NCBI GenBank assembly: GCA_032718475.1
Contig: JAUCBJ010002387.1
Coordinates: forward strand, 1-33,676
From: Nemertoderma westbladi
Taxonomy: Eukaryota > Animalia > Xenacoelomorpha
Direction: 5' to 3'
DNA: 33,676 bases
In this document: positions 22,956 to 33,676 of the stretch, piece after piece
How the letters are laid out: every line of letters starts with the position of its first letter
How positions within the stretch are numbered: position 1 is the stretch's first letter
Translations under genes and position numbers: made by a program
The notes under the pieces: generated by a model
Databases searched by the model: none
What the model saw: the letters and a program-made list of their open reading frames with translations, nothing else
What the model was told of the DNA's origin: nothing

Positions 22956-24830
22956 CTAACGTGTTAACTTATCGTTAATCGTATTTACAACAACCATTTC
23001 ATGTGTACACCTTATTCTGGTAGTACACCGATAGGCAACTTGTAGTCCTACACAAAGTAGCTGCTCCTCACTAGTTTCTCGAACTTCTGCCTCCTCAGGG
23101 TAGACCCAACTACAACCTTCTTTATCCGATTTTTCCTTAAATGTCTTCCTCAAATGTAGAATCACTAATGAATGTACAAACTTGTGAATCACTTATGAAT
23201 ATCTTAGATGGAATAGTAGTCAGATCATTGAACAGCTTTGGGAAACTTTGAAGCAATGTTGTTTCTTTGTTCATTAGGAGCTTATGAAATGGTCGAGTTA
23301 TATGAATTCCCAATAAGGAAATTGCACAGAATATAGGCTTAAGTATTTACATTTCCACAAAATCGTGGTATAAGATTGATATATTGTTCATAATGTTTGA
23401 GAATGTCTTTTAAATAGTTGGCAAGAATATGATAGATAAGAGCTAATAATCAACAATCACTTAAACGATTGAAGCAGTGGTCCTTTAATGAAAGTGACAT
23501 TAATCTTTGGTTTGATAAATGACTCAAAATGACCTGTCTATTCCAAGGCTTGGCTGAGTGAGAGTAGTAGTCTTTGTTAATAAAATTGTTGTGAAATTAC
23601 AGTTGTGACAAAAAGTGACATTACAGATTTTTCAAACGAAATCTTTCTAACTCTTTCTAAAATATTCCTAATGTTGGAAGGGCCCATTGTATACCATAAA
23701 TAGTAAGTGACTGGAATATATAGTTCCCAACACCATATTGCCATTATTGCAGAACTATCATTTGAATATGTAATCACTGCATTGTTCCCTACCATCATTT
23801 CTTCAACAATGGCGCTTAAGGCCATGGTTTCCATATAGGGTTCCGTCCTTCTTAGATTACTCTATAGTAGTGTCTATGATAGTTGGTTCTTCAACCCTAT
23901 AGATCTTCCACTCTAGACCAAAAAGTATATTAGCCACATTTATAATAGAGCCTTCAATTTGAGACTGGCTCATGTGAAGTTCTGCAGAGATTTTGTGCAT
24001 TGCAGTATATATCTCTGGCCTGATAGACCTAGGTCCCTTATTAGTATGCCTGAAATCATACGGCAAGAAGTTATCAGCCAGATTGTCTGGTTTTTCATCA
24101 AATTGGTACTGTACCACCTTGCCTTTTTGGATGGAGGTAAAACTTCATCCCCATCATCATCACTACAGCTGCTTTCAGTGCTGCTATAAACAATGGCCCT
24201 CCAATTTACTGGTTCCAGCCTTTCCATCTCTTGGCTAGATTTGTCTAGGGCTATGTTTCTCAGAATTATATCTTTGGACCTACGTTGATTATGTACAGCC
24301 ACTGTCTACTTACAAAGGATGTACAGTAACCAATTTGAGGCTGATTACATTGATTATGGTAGAATGCCTCATCTTCATCTGTCATAGTAACACCCCAAAT
24401 TTTCTCTTGGTGTTTGTGAAATATCATATTTAATATCGAACAGATTCTTGGATACAACCAGAAACTCACTAAACCGTTTCCAGTATGTGAGTTTCTTTTT
24501 AGATATTTATCTGTCATGATGAATACTGTCATGGGTACTTTTTCTCGTTTTTGTATATACATTACAGTATACCCAATGCAACATTAGTCGGGCGGGATAC
24601 AACCTTATTGATAGCAACAGAGTGATTTTTGTGATCACGCTTGAGGTCTAAGGTTAACCCAATTACTTGGTAATTTTCCATTAGGGAGGAAATCTAATGA
24701 AGGAATTGTAATACAGTCCTGGTGTGTTCAGGTGGTCTCTTTCTTTTCGCAATGCTGTTTGCATCTCAGTGAATGGTCTTTAACTGAGCAAGTATTTTGA
24801 GTTCTTAAAATAGATGGCTGATTTTCTATA
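22956..24830 (-). pseudogene. Heavily decayed long coding remnant, probably an unclassified transposase
   Basis: A chain of adjacent minus-strand ORFs with protein-like composition (24266-24562, 23970-24302, 23857-24117, 23577-23834, 22956-23192). AVITYSNDSS could be a DDE first-strand motif. Confidence 0.4.
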
Positions 24831-25166
24831 GATTCATCTTAAAAAAAATTTCCCAAGATATTGTCCAGCACGTATAATTGCTGCTCTTGTATATCTATAC
24901 CTTGAAGAATTGACGGGAACATTGGTTCCTAAAAATATTGGAGTGGAAACATTGCCCATTATGATTAACATGTATAGTGTAATTTCAAAGAGCATGATCA
25001 AGTAGTTGGGTTTTATACCATCAGAAACTAGGAGATCAAATTTTGCCATAAAATATATGCTAGTTATGATTATATATATAATATTACGTACCGGTAGCCG
25101 TATATTGGAAATATCAAAAATATGTGATGATTATAAAATTGTGGGTAGAGGCCATAAAATTTACAT

Positions 25167-25245
25167 GTCGCAGTGTCCGAGTGGATACGGCGCCTGAACT
25201 GCTTACACAATAGTGTTTGGTGGCGCAGGTTCGAATCTGACTAAA
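25167..25245 (+). other. tRNA-derived (Ser/Leu-like) sequence: pseudo-tRNA or SINE head
   Basis: A-box-like GTGTCCGAGTGG, GGCGC D-stem and B-box-like GCGCAGGTTCGAATC. The acceptor and anticodon stems do not pair. Confidence 0.6.
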
Positions 25246-27495
25246 TGTTACGGTATATGGCGCTGTATCCACATTATTAGTCCGTTATACTGTACGCAAT
25301 ATTAGTCCGTTATACTGTACGCAATATTAGTCCGTTGTGCAGCATAATATTTTAGATAAGGCATAATAGCGAGGTGATATTTAGATAGGGAAATAAAAAC
25401 GCCCATATATTTTGAATTCATCCATTTTGTATAATATGTAGCCCTACCTACGTAATTTTGTATTAGGATATAGGTAGATAGTTCCAGGGTAGCAAGTTTA
25501 GTCGGACCCTGGATTTTGTGCTTGCTGTTATTAGCTTTGATAGGGCTAGTATATAGGGACGCTGTCCTGGCCATTCAGCAGCCAGGGACATGATCCATTA
25601 CCATATATGGTAATAATTTGAGGTTTGGAGAGCAATAGGGCTACAATCCGGCCTCCTTATTGGACTAACTGCTTCCAGGTTGGTCTAATGCTAGCGCGGA
25701 CTGGAGAGCCAATAGGAGAGCGATTGAGTCACCCTATTGCATCACCCCATTCGGATCACCTATAAATTGGCGGTGTGCCGGTAGAGCTGTACTCTATCAC
25801 CAACCTTAACCTCAGTACAATCCCTATTCACCTTCTCGACGGATATTTTGTACCATTAAGTTAAAGTATAATTTAGCGTATTTCTGCAATTTTCTATCTT
25901 TTGATTAATTTCTCGAGATGATTTGCTAGTGCGATTATTCTTGATTGCGTTTCTCAATTAATCCTATCGATTACTGCTAATTACAACCGGAACTATGATT
26001 TCTACCTCTTTTGTTAATGGTTCTATGTGATTCCTTTCTACGCAATAATCCTAAGGGATTTCTGAGACTGTCAGACTTGTGATTTGCATGCGCCGCTACG
26101 GTAGCTATTCAATCAATGGAGGGCTAAGGTGCCAGTAGGCGGTGGGCTCATCGGGGGGTTAGCGACGAAGGGAGAGCGGAGGATTCAAAAGCGGGCAACG
26201 CTGGCGGGGGTCAACGTTGTGGTCGGGCAATTTGGACTGTAGGTTGGAGACCGCTCGCTGGTACAGTAATTAGGGGGCTGATGATCCAAGGTTTTGTCTC
26301 TATTTAGTATTAGGGGGGCAGGAATTGGGTTAGTTAGGAAGCCTAGATGTACCCGGGAGAGGCCTGCATACCTTACAGTAAGTAAGTTGCGAGTAAGTAG
26401 ATTGCGCATTAGTCAATTGCGAATTATTATGTTGCGAATTATATAATTGCAGATTGTATAATTGCAAGTCGTGCTATTGTGATCTGTGATTGCTGACGCT
26501 GATTGGTGTGTTACTGAAGTGTGCCTATGATTACGAATACTTAGGTAGGCGCCCCTTTTCTCTTTGATTGATTTCTATTTCTTAGTTACAACAAATAATT
26601 ACTGATTAGGTCAAAGTAATACGGCATTTTAGGCTATTACTAGCGAAACCTGTTGTGTAATAAATTAGAATTACGCATTCTGGAACTCTTAGTAATTAGT
26701 ACGCTGTTACATATTTGTGACTGTAATTGATTAGTAAAATTAAGAATTAGTACGCAGCATAGCGGAGAGTAGCTAAGGTAATAATTTAGAGTACCGTAAA
26801 CTATTCACGCTGAGCGGTTATTTGCATTAGCGGGCAATAAGCTAGATCGCAGTAGTCAGTACGCAAGACACTAGTAAGTTGCTGGCCTAAAGCCAGCTGC
26901 AGGCAAGTTTAGACCCAGAGCGGTATCACCCACGAAAGACATTGTACTGTACCATTATTTGATTATTTTAAATATTCTCGCATTCACACATTCCGTTAGG
27001 GAACCCTCAGTATTCGCGATTAGAAAAGACGTAAGCATTGGCGTATTTCAGTAGTAAAATTAGGCGTAAGAATATACTCTGAGTGCAAAGCCCCTCGCAC
27101 TCGTCTTAAGTAAGCTTAGGGAGCCGACTCGGGTTTATTGTTTTGGTTATTCCCGCGTGGCTCATAGATTCGAACAGTTAGCTCTCTATCGAGCGATCGG
27201 TAGAGAAAGGAACAAGCGATTTTGCAGGAGTTGTGTAAATTTAGTAAAATATATTAGCGGACGGCAGATTAGCGCCATCCAACGGTACGTAGCGGTTTTG
27301 TATTTAGCAACCCTTTACAATTTAGCAATATCACGCTCCTGATCCCCTTTACTTAACAGTAGAGCAGTCTTTGTGTCTTATTGGTTAGGCGAGAGCTCGA
27401 ATTAGGTTGGCAGAGAGGTATACGGGTATTTGTCTGTTCAACAGTTCTGCTGTTAGTATAGGTGTCGCGGTTGTTTATCACTAAAGGCTGTAGAA
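25246..27495 (+). mobile_element. Long non-coding LTR-like segment
   Basis: Starts TGTTACGG, with 25-bp tandem repeats at 25275-25335. ATTGG/CCAAT at ~25659 and ~25709 and TATAAAT at 25761. No ATG on + from 26530 to 27563. 3' end cut by a SINE fragment. Confidence 0.4.
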
Positions 27496-27499
27496 ATTT

Positions 27500-27673
27500 C
27501 GCACTGTTGTGTCCCTAGGCAAGACACTTTAGACATTAGTGCCTACGTCAACCCAGCGGTATAATGGGAACCTGGCTTTGCTGGGGTAATGATAATAAAA
27601 GCGCTTTGAGGATGCTGAGCGTAGAAAAGCGCTATATAAATAACCAATATTATTATTATTATTATTATTATTA
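27500..27673 (+). mobile_element. 5'-truncated CORE/Meta-type SINE with L2-like tail
   Basis: GTTGTGTCCCTAGGCAAGACACTT...CAACCCAGCGGTATAATGGG, then AAAGCGCTTTGAG...GAAAAGCGCTATATAAAT and (TAT)n. Confidence 0.75.
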
Positions 27674-27847
27674 CATGCTACATCTTATTTTTGTGTTTAT
27701 TAGGATAAGAACATGCAAACACAACTATTTAGAGGGTAGCCACTATGTGTTGTGACTTAACATCACCCCCCACAACCTGCTTTCTCTCCAGCAACCCGTT
27801 CAGCAGTTTTCTCTCCAGCAACCTGTTCAGCAGATTTTTAGTTATGG

Positions 27848-28113
27848 TACTACTAGGATCGGCATGCTGCATTGCAGCTGCATTTTTAAGAATGCTGTGC
27901 CGGCTTGTCAACAAAATTGCACCGCCACAACTCCCTATCACCCATGACCTTTGCTAGATCATCCGCGTCTTTAAGGCCAGTGTCCTTTAAGATGCGTCTC
28001 AAGAAAGTCATGGGCTGTCCACCATGCTTATTCACTCCATGAGGCTGCCAAAGTACAAGATTATGCACTGGCTGGTCCTCACGGCGAAAGCAATGTCCTG
28101 CAAAGCGGAGGCG
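27848..28113 (-). mobile_element. RTE-clade LINE, copy 3 (3'-terminal ~265 bp)
   Basis: Near-identical reverse complement of 20531-20793, including the tail. No TSD seen. Confidence 0.95.
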
Positions 28114-29744
28114 GCCACATAATTGTGGTGGTAGGTGACATACTTGTGCTGGAGAACCGAATACATAGATTGTCTATTTGATTTATGCTTGCGCTTAAAC
28201 TCAGGATACGTTTCACATATCAAAGCTGCTATTGAACTTAAATAGGTAACATTTTGACATTCGAAATCATAGACACTTCTGATATAAGTTGGTATAAGGT
28301 ATAATTTTTGGTATTAATGCCATTTGTACACTCCTCCACATTTGCCAATTTTCAAATTCATTCGGAATTTTTCATTGGAAGTAGCAGACTGAACTCAATT
28401 TGAAATGAAGGTTCTATCTATATAGTCTGAACTGCAGCAGACCTTTAAACATCTTGGACACTGAATCAACTAGGGATTCACCACGTTTCTACAACATATC
28501 TCCTCTGCAACACTTTCATTATTTTTACTCGCCCCACTATACAGGTAAAGTCCTCTTAAATCCCTTTTTTACAACCATTGACACCGCATATTCAATGAAC
28601 GCATTGATTTAATTTTATGTATTTCAGTTGTTGTTGTAAATTATAACACAAAGATGAATTTGGAATTATAAACACATCACACACGCTCGTCCTCTGCCAA
28701 TCTCTACTTACAACACGAGTTTAAGAAAAGCCACAAAATTTACGTATAACACAGGCTGGGCCAGAAAAATATTTTATAATAAATGTCCCTGTGAACTCGA
28801 TGATGAATATCACCACAGAATTCAAATGTGATAAAACGAGTGATATCCATTGCTATTCCTCCATACACACTGACCTATACAAATTCTTGGAAGACTCTTT
28901 GCGTGTAGTTTCATTTTTCTTTATGCAGGTTTATTAGATAGCAGAATTGAAGTGCTTACTTACCCTTCAATTAATCAATGTTAAATATATTGACTGATAC
29001 TAACTTATACTTACATACATCTTTATTTATCTATATCAAACATACCGTACTTTTGAAATATGTACTAATTATTAATTACAGACGTAATAGTATATTATTG
29101 GTGAACCTGTGCGAAATGTTTATTTCATGTATTATTATGGTCGATAAATATATAATATAATAATATATGAGGTTTGATATTGGAGTATATGAAGTTCGCA
29201 AGGTTCACTCAGAGATGAATACTGTTACCGAAACTGTTTTTTTAATGTTTTATATTATACAAATCTATTATAGTATAACAGTCAATATGATTTAGATAGC
29301 TACTATTTAATCTCTGCCTGATTCATACAAATAAATATTACTCACAATCATAAATCTCAGAAGTTCATTCTCTATCAATTGAAACTGGCACTGGGAAAAT
29401 GCTGCAGTTTGCAACTAAACTATTACCAAAATGTGATATTTTTAAATAGCATTTGAATCTACAATCTCCAACAAACCAATTTTGTAATTTTTTACCAAAA
29501 ATTTACACATGTTGTTAAATATTTCAGCTATAACAATGGAAATCATAAACGTGGTCATAGGGGGATTAAGCATCACCCAGTCATAATTTGAGCCAAATTT
29601 CATAAGAAGTTGTTCATTTTTAGAAAAGCCTTTGCATTTTTAAATTTAAGGGTAATTTTGTCCATTGAAATGTTAGGATGCGCACAACCCCACTAAATTT
29701 TGTTGTGGGTCAGTGATTTCCTTTCTATAGTCCGTTTACTCATT

Positions 29745-30430
29745 TGACAGAGTCATGTCTGTCTGTCATTGCTGTCTGTCGTCTGTCTGTCAAAATATAA
29801 CCAACAGCTGAACAAACAAACAGACAATGTGGATGACATCAAACACGAAAACTGACATCGGAAATGAAATCACCAACCATGAAAACGGCTCATAACAACA
29901 TTTTTAGCTAGTTGGTATGCATTCCTATTACTTTGACAGACAGGTCGCTGGGCAGACAGAAAAACTGACAGACAGACAGTAGGTTTTGTTAAAAGTGAAA
30001 ACTGACGTCTGAAATGAAATCAGCAACCAGAATAACCTCCATAACAAAACTTTTATCTAGTTGGAATGCTTTCCTTATATTTTGACAGACGGACATACAG
30101 ACAGACAGACAATCAGACATAATAGACTTCACTAAAAATGAAAACTGACTTCGGAAATGAAATCAGCGACCAAAAAACCAAACAAAAAGTTTCAGCTATG
30201 TGGTATGATGTCCTTATATTTTGATAGACAGATCGTCGGACAGAATCTAGACGGATTGACAGACGGACATAGAGACATAATAGTATTCGTTAAAAGTGAA
30301 AACTGATGTTGGAATGAAATCAGCGACCAGGAAAACCCCCATAACATAACTTTTACCTAGAAAGAATGCTTTTGTTATATTTTGACAGACAAACCTTTGA
30401 CGAGAAACACAATCCCAGACAGACAGTTTT
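29745..30430. repeat. Four ~150-bp diverged tandem monomers separated by (GACA)n tracts
   Basis: GAAAACTGA...GAAATGAAATCA at ~29847, 29997, 30140 and 30298, preceded by an inverted (TGTC)n tract at 29756-29791. Confidence 0.85.
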
Positions 30431-30699
30431 CATAGAAATTAACGTAGAGTAAGGTTACGATTATCACTCATAACTTTTGAACTACTACATTAGCTATTAA
30501 CAAACGGTTTGAAGTTTTGAAATCCTCATAAAAATCTGCACCTGCATCTGGGATTGAAAATGAAAATTCGAATATTTTTCTGAATTAGTCAACCCAGTCA
30601 ACGCACTCTACAGGCCATAACAAATACACAGATGGCACCAGAAATTCAGAGTCAGGCAACAATGCCATGTTGTATGGGTGGGTGGTCTAGGGATACCTT

Positions 30700-31440
30700 C
30701 TATTACAGAAACGGCCACTGTGGCATATCTAGCCGCTCTGAGTGGCAATCAACCATTGATAAATCTTACATGAGGCAGCAGCATAATGCACCCATTATAA
30801 CATCATACTATAGAGCTATGGAAAACCTTTCAAAATCAAATGACCCACCAGAGTTCAACCATAAACAAAGGATCTGGATTGTACCCATTGCTAAAGTAAA
30901 GTTTGCATATCTTCTAAACAATTATACCCTACCTAAAACAGCCCACATTTTGGTTCCCAAGCTGTTGTAGCTAGAGACTGGCTAAATGCCCTTCCTTCTT
31001 GTACCTAGGCCTGCACGTGCACATTTCTGATGAGGAATTTGGAATGGCAGTGGCTCTACGACTGGTTGCACCAGTTTGCACTTCACTTACTACACCCTTG
31101 AGTGTGTGGAGCTGTCATAGACTCCTCAGCCCTCCAATGCATAGTTTCCGGTTGGAGACTATGTGATCTTCCGGGCTTTGCAGTCAGCAAATATACCGTC
31201 AACCATAGAACAATATGGCATATGTCGGGATGATGGCAAGAGGCCAGGTGGTGTTACCATGCTCCCATGCTCTAATGGGAAACATTACTTTAGATTTCAC
31301 CTGCTCACACCGCCTAGCCCCCCCCCCCCCCCCCCCCCCCCCCCTCTTCCTCTGGAATCGCCATGAAAGAGGGATCACAAGTTGCCAAGCTTACTGAGGT
31401 CAGAAAAACCAAAGAAATGCTCCAAGTTCTTAACAATTAT
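30700..31440 (+). mobile_element. Decayed CRE-like (RLE) non-LTR retrotransposon fragment
   Basis: DWLNALPS...ISDEEFGMAVALRL (~30976-31065), then IFRALQSANIPSTIEQYGICRDDGKRPGGVTMLP...DFTC, a degenerate RPD...D RLE motif. Interrupted by a poly-C run. Confidence 0.7.
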
Positions 31441-31944
31441 TCTATCTAGTCCTTTATGCCATTATAATGTCCATCTAGTTTGCTGTATGAAACTTTCCAA
31501 TATATTTGTCCCCATTTTATTATACATATTTTCAGTTTATTCAGTATTTTCATACCAATTTTTATAGAACATATATTCAATGGGAGAGTACATATTTTCG
31601 AGTTTAGGCCTTGATATCAAACCAATTTTTATAGAACATATAATATTGTATTTAATATGATTAAAATAGATTGTATAATTATGTTGTACTGGTAAGTTAT
31701 TATTACTTTATCGGATCGATACAATGGTTAATATTATTTAATATTATTTGGAGTTTATTTATACTTTTGTTACATTATGTCAACAGTCAACTTAACAGTG
31801 TTCTGGTGAATTACTCGTAAACGTTGCGGCCTACTAGGACGGACTCGCTGCAAGGTCCTCAATAACATGGAAACAACTTAAATTACCGTATTCCAGAATG
31901 TATTATTTCCATTTATATTAATGCGTACTGGTTTATTCAATAAA

Positions 31945-33236
31945 GCATCACTGTGGGGCGAGCGACGAAAGTAAGCGAGCTTAGCATACAGGTACCACTA
32001 ACTCAATCGGTGTGTCTGTTGTTCTGTTGTGTTCAATTTTAAACGTTAATAACTCAGCCAAATCTTAATGAAATATATCAAAACTTGTTACAGATGTAGT
32101 CTGGCAAAAGTTTAGAAATTTGCGTGAATGTTGTTGAAGTTGAATTTCCGTGTGGCCTTCGAGAACCTAAAGGCCATGATACACCACAGGAGCGGCGAGT
32201 GGCAGCGGCGGGCGGCCGCGGAGAGTGGCCGATGTGAGCGGCGACTTTTAATATGATACACTATAGGAGCGGCAAGCGGCAGCAGCCATTTGTGGTGTAT
32301 CATCACCCATAGAAAATAATGTATTCTATTTTTAAAAAGTGGCCGCTGGCCGCGGCCACTCGCCGCTCCTGTGGTGTATCATGGCCTTTAAATAATAGCA
32401 GTTAATTAGTTAATTAAGTTGAATAGGGTAAAACAGCATTTTCAACCTTCCTGTTAAAGGATATTAATTATTTTCTAGTATAAGATTTAAATAATTATAC
32501 TTAAAAATTATACAACTGTATTCCCCATACCCCATTCCATTATAGTTTTTAATTAGTCCAAGAGATGTGCTTTAAGAAATGCGTTTTTAATTGATCTAAA
32601 CGTAATTAAGTTAAAATGCATTACTATACTTCCAGCTCCATCATTCATTGGCATTCATTGATATTGCCTAGTAGATGGGAACCAGTCCAATCATCTCACC
32701 ACTACTACTTGGTAACGGGTAAATTACTGTGTAACTAATAAGCCAGTCTGCTTTATCTTGCAAAATGATTGGCCTAGTGATTCTTCAGAATATTTAGCTA
32801 AATAATTTCGTTGAGGGGTTGACATGATAAATTAATATTTCAGTATCAATACTATCGGCAAATTAGGTAAGTTTTAAGTTCAAATAGGTAGGTTTTAATA
32901 ATTTTTACAAGTTGGTTTGCCTCCACACCTAAAAATCTATTACTTTTAAATCACAATTTCCTGTCAATAGCTCTGCCTTTCATTAATCCTCTGTGCTGTA
33001 GGTGTGGTGCATATTAAGAGGGCGGTTGAAGCGAGGAGGGAACTTTCCTCTCTTCTTTGATTGATTTATTCTAATTGGCGGTTTGGTTAAACTTCTTAAT
33101 TATTTATTTCAATTTATTAAGTACCAATTTTCAATATTGGTATAGAATTGCTCAATTTTAATCTGTTTCTGATAACTGAGCCTCGTCCTGCGCGAAGGCC
33201 CCACGAACGTGTTTGCATAATGCGTGCGTCCAGTTT
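31945..33236 (+). mobile_element. Possible Helentron-associated (HINE/DINE-1-like) non-autonomous element
   Basis: 5' GTGGGGCGAGCG...GCGAGC, a GTGTGTCTGTT tract and a TAACTC...AAACTTG..ACAGATGT block. Subterminal inverted match CGTGTGGCCTTCG (32149-32161) with CGAAGGCCCCACG (33193-33205). Short hairpin before CCAGTTT. Confidence 0.4.
32170..32388. mobile_element. ~220-bp MITE with ~40-bp TIRs
   Basis: AAGGCCATGATACACCACAGGAGCGGCGAGTGGC ... GCCACTCGCCGCTCCTGTGGTGTATCATGGCCTT. Flanked by TA/TA, or by TAA/TTA if one base shorter (Harbinger-like). Confidence 0.9.
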
Positions 33237-33302
33237 GAAATGACGGGACTAACTATTGTATGTAAATAATAAATTGTTTAACCTTGTAAGACTGTATTCC
33301 AT

Positions 33303-33436
33303 ACACATATAATGTAACAAAATTACATACACCAATGCTTGCAAAGGTTACTTTTCAGCGTTAAAGAAGAGTCTTTAACCCTGAAAAGTAACCTTTGCAA
33401 GCAATGGTGTATGTAATTTTGTTACATTATATGTGT
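33303..33436. repeat. 134-bp near-perfect palindrome
   Basis: 65-bp arms at 33303-33367 and 33372-33436 with 2 mismatches and a 4-nt loop AGAG. Confidence 0.95.
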
Positions 33437-33676
33437 TTATTATGTAAACCTCCCTCGCTGCGCTCGCTCGGTATATAAATAAAAAATCAGCTGCAAAATG
33501 CTACTTTGCACACAATGATGTAAATAGTTATTGCCTTTCTGTATTGTAAATTATTATTTAGAATTGAGATTAGGAATTTATCGGAATATAACAGATTAAA
33601 TTTATTGATACCTAATAAAATAAATCTCTTAATACCACTCATAAATATATATTTATTTTGTACAGTACAGTGTTCT

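Noticed and set aside
25167-25245. Functional tRNA gene
   Set aside because: The acceptor and anticodon stems cannot be paired.
26278-31035. CTGATGA hammerhead core motifs (~26278, ~31027; also ~19716)
   Set aside because: No flanking helices with a properly placed GAAA were found.
31318-31344. Poly-proline ORF from a poly-C run (similar runs at 11819-11840 and ~22407)
   Set aside because: A homopolymer expansion within a decayed element; its length is unreliable.

Overview
This is AT-rich eukaryotic DNA, probably from an invertebrate animal, made almost entirely of nested and mostly decayed mobile elements; I see no convincing host gene. LINEs: three near-identical copies of a young RTE-clade LINE with a (TAG)n tail, a minus-strand APE/RT LINE whose ORF1 is split by one RTE copy (16-bp TSD), and CR1 and CRE/RLE 3' fragments. 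Other elements: AcademX-like and Sola-like transposase remnants, SINEs, TIR elements/MITEs, (GACA)n-rich satellite-bearing elements and a 134-bp palindrome. Two things stand out. (i) A TSD-bounded 1.7-kb retroposon encodes only a LINE ORF1-type protein, with its own 3' tail and no RT (HAL1-like architecture). (ii) Two long non-coding, LTR-like segments (14-3225 on -, 25246-27495 on +) each have kilobase stretches lacking ATG on one strand only. Family names come from motif recognition by eye, not from database searches.
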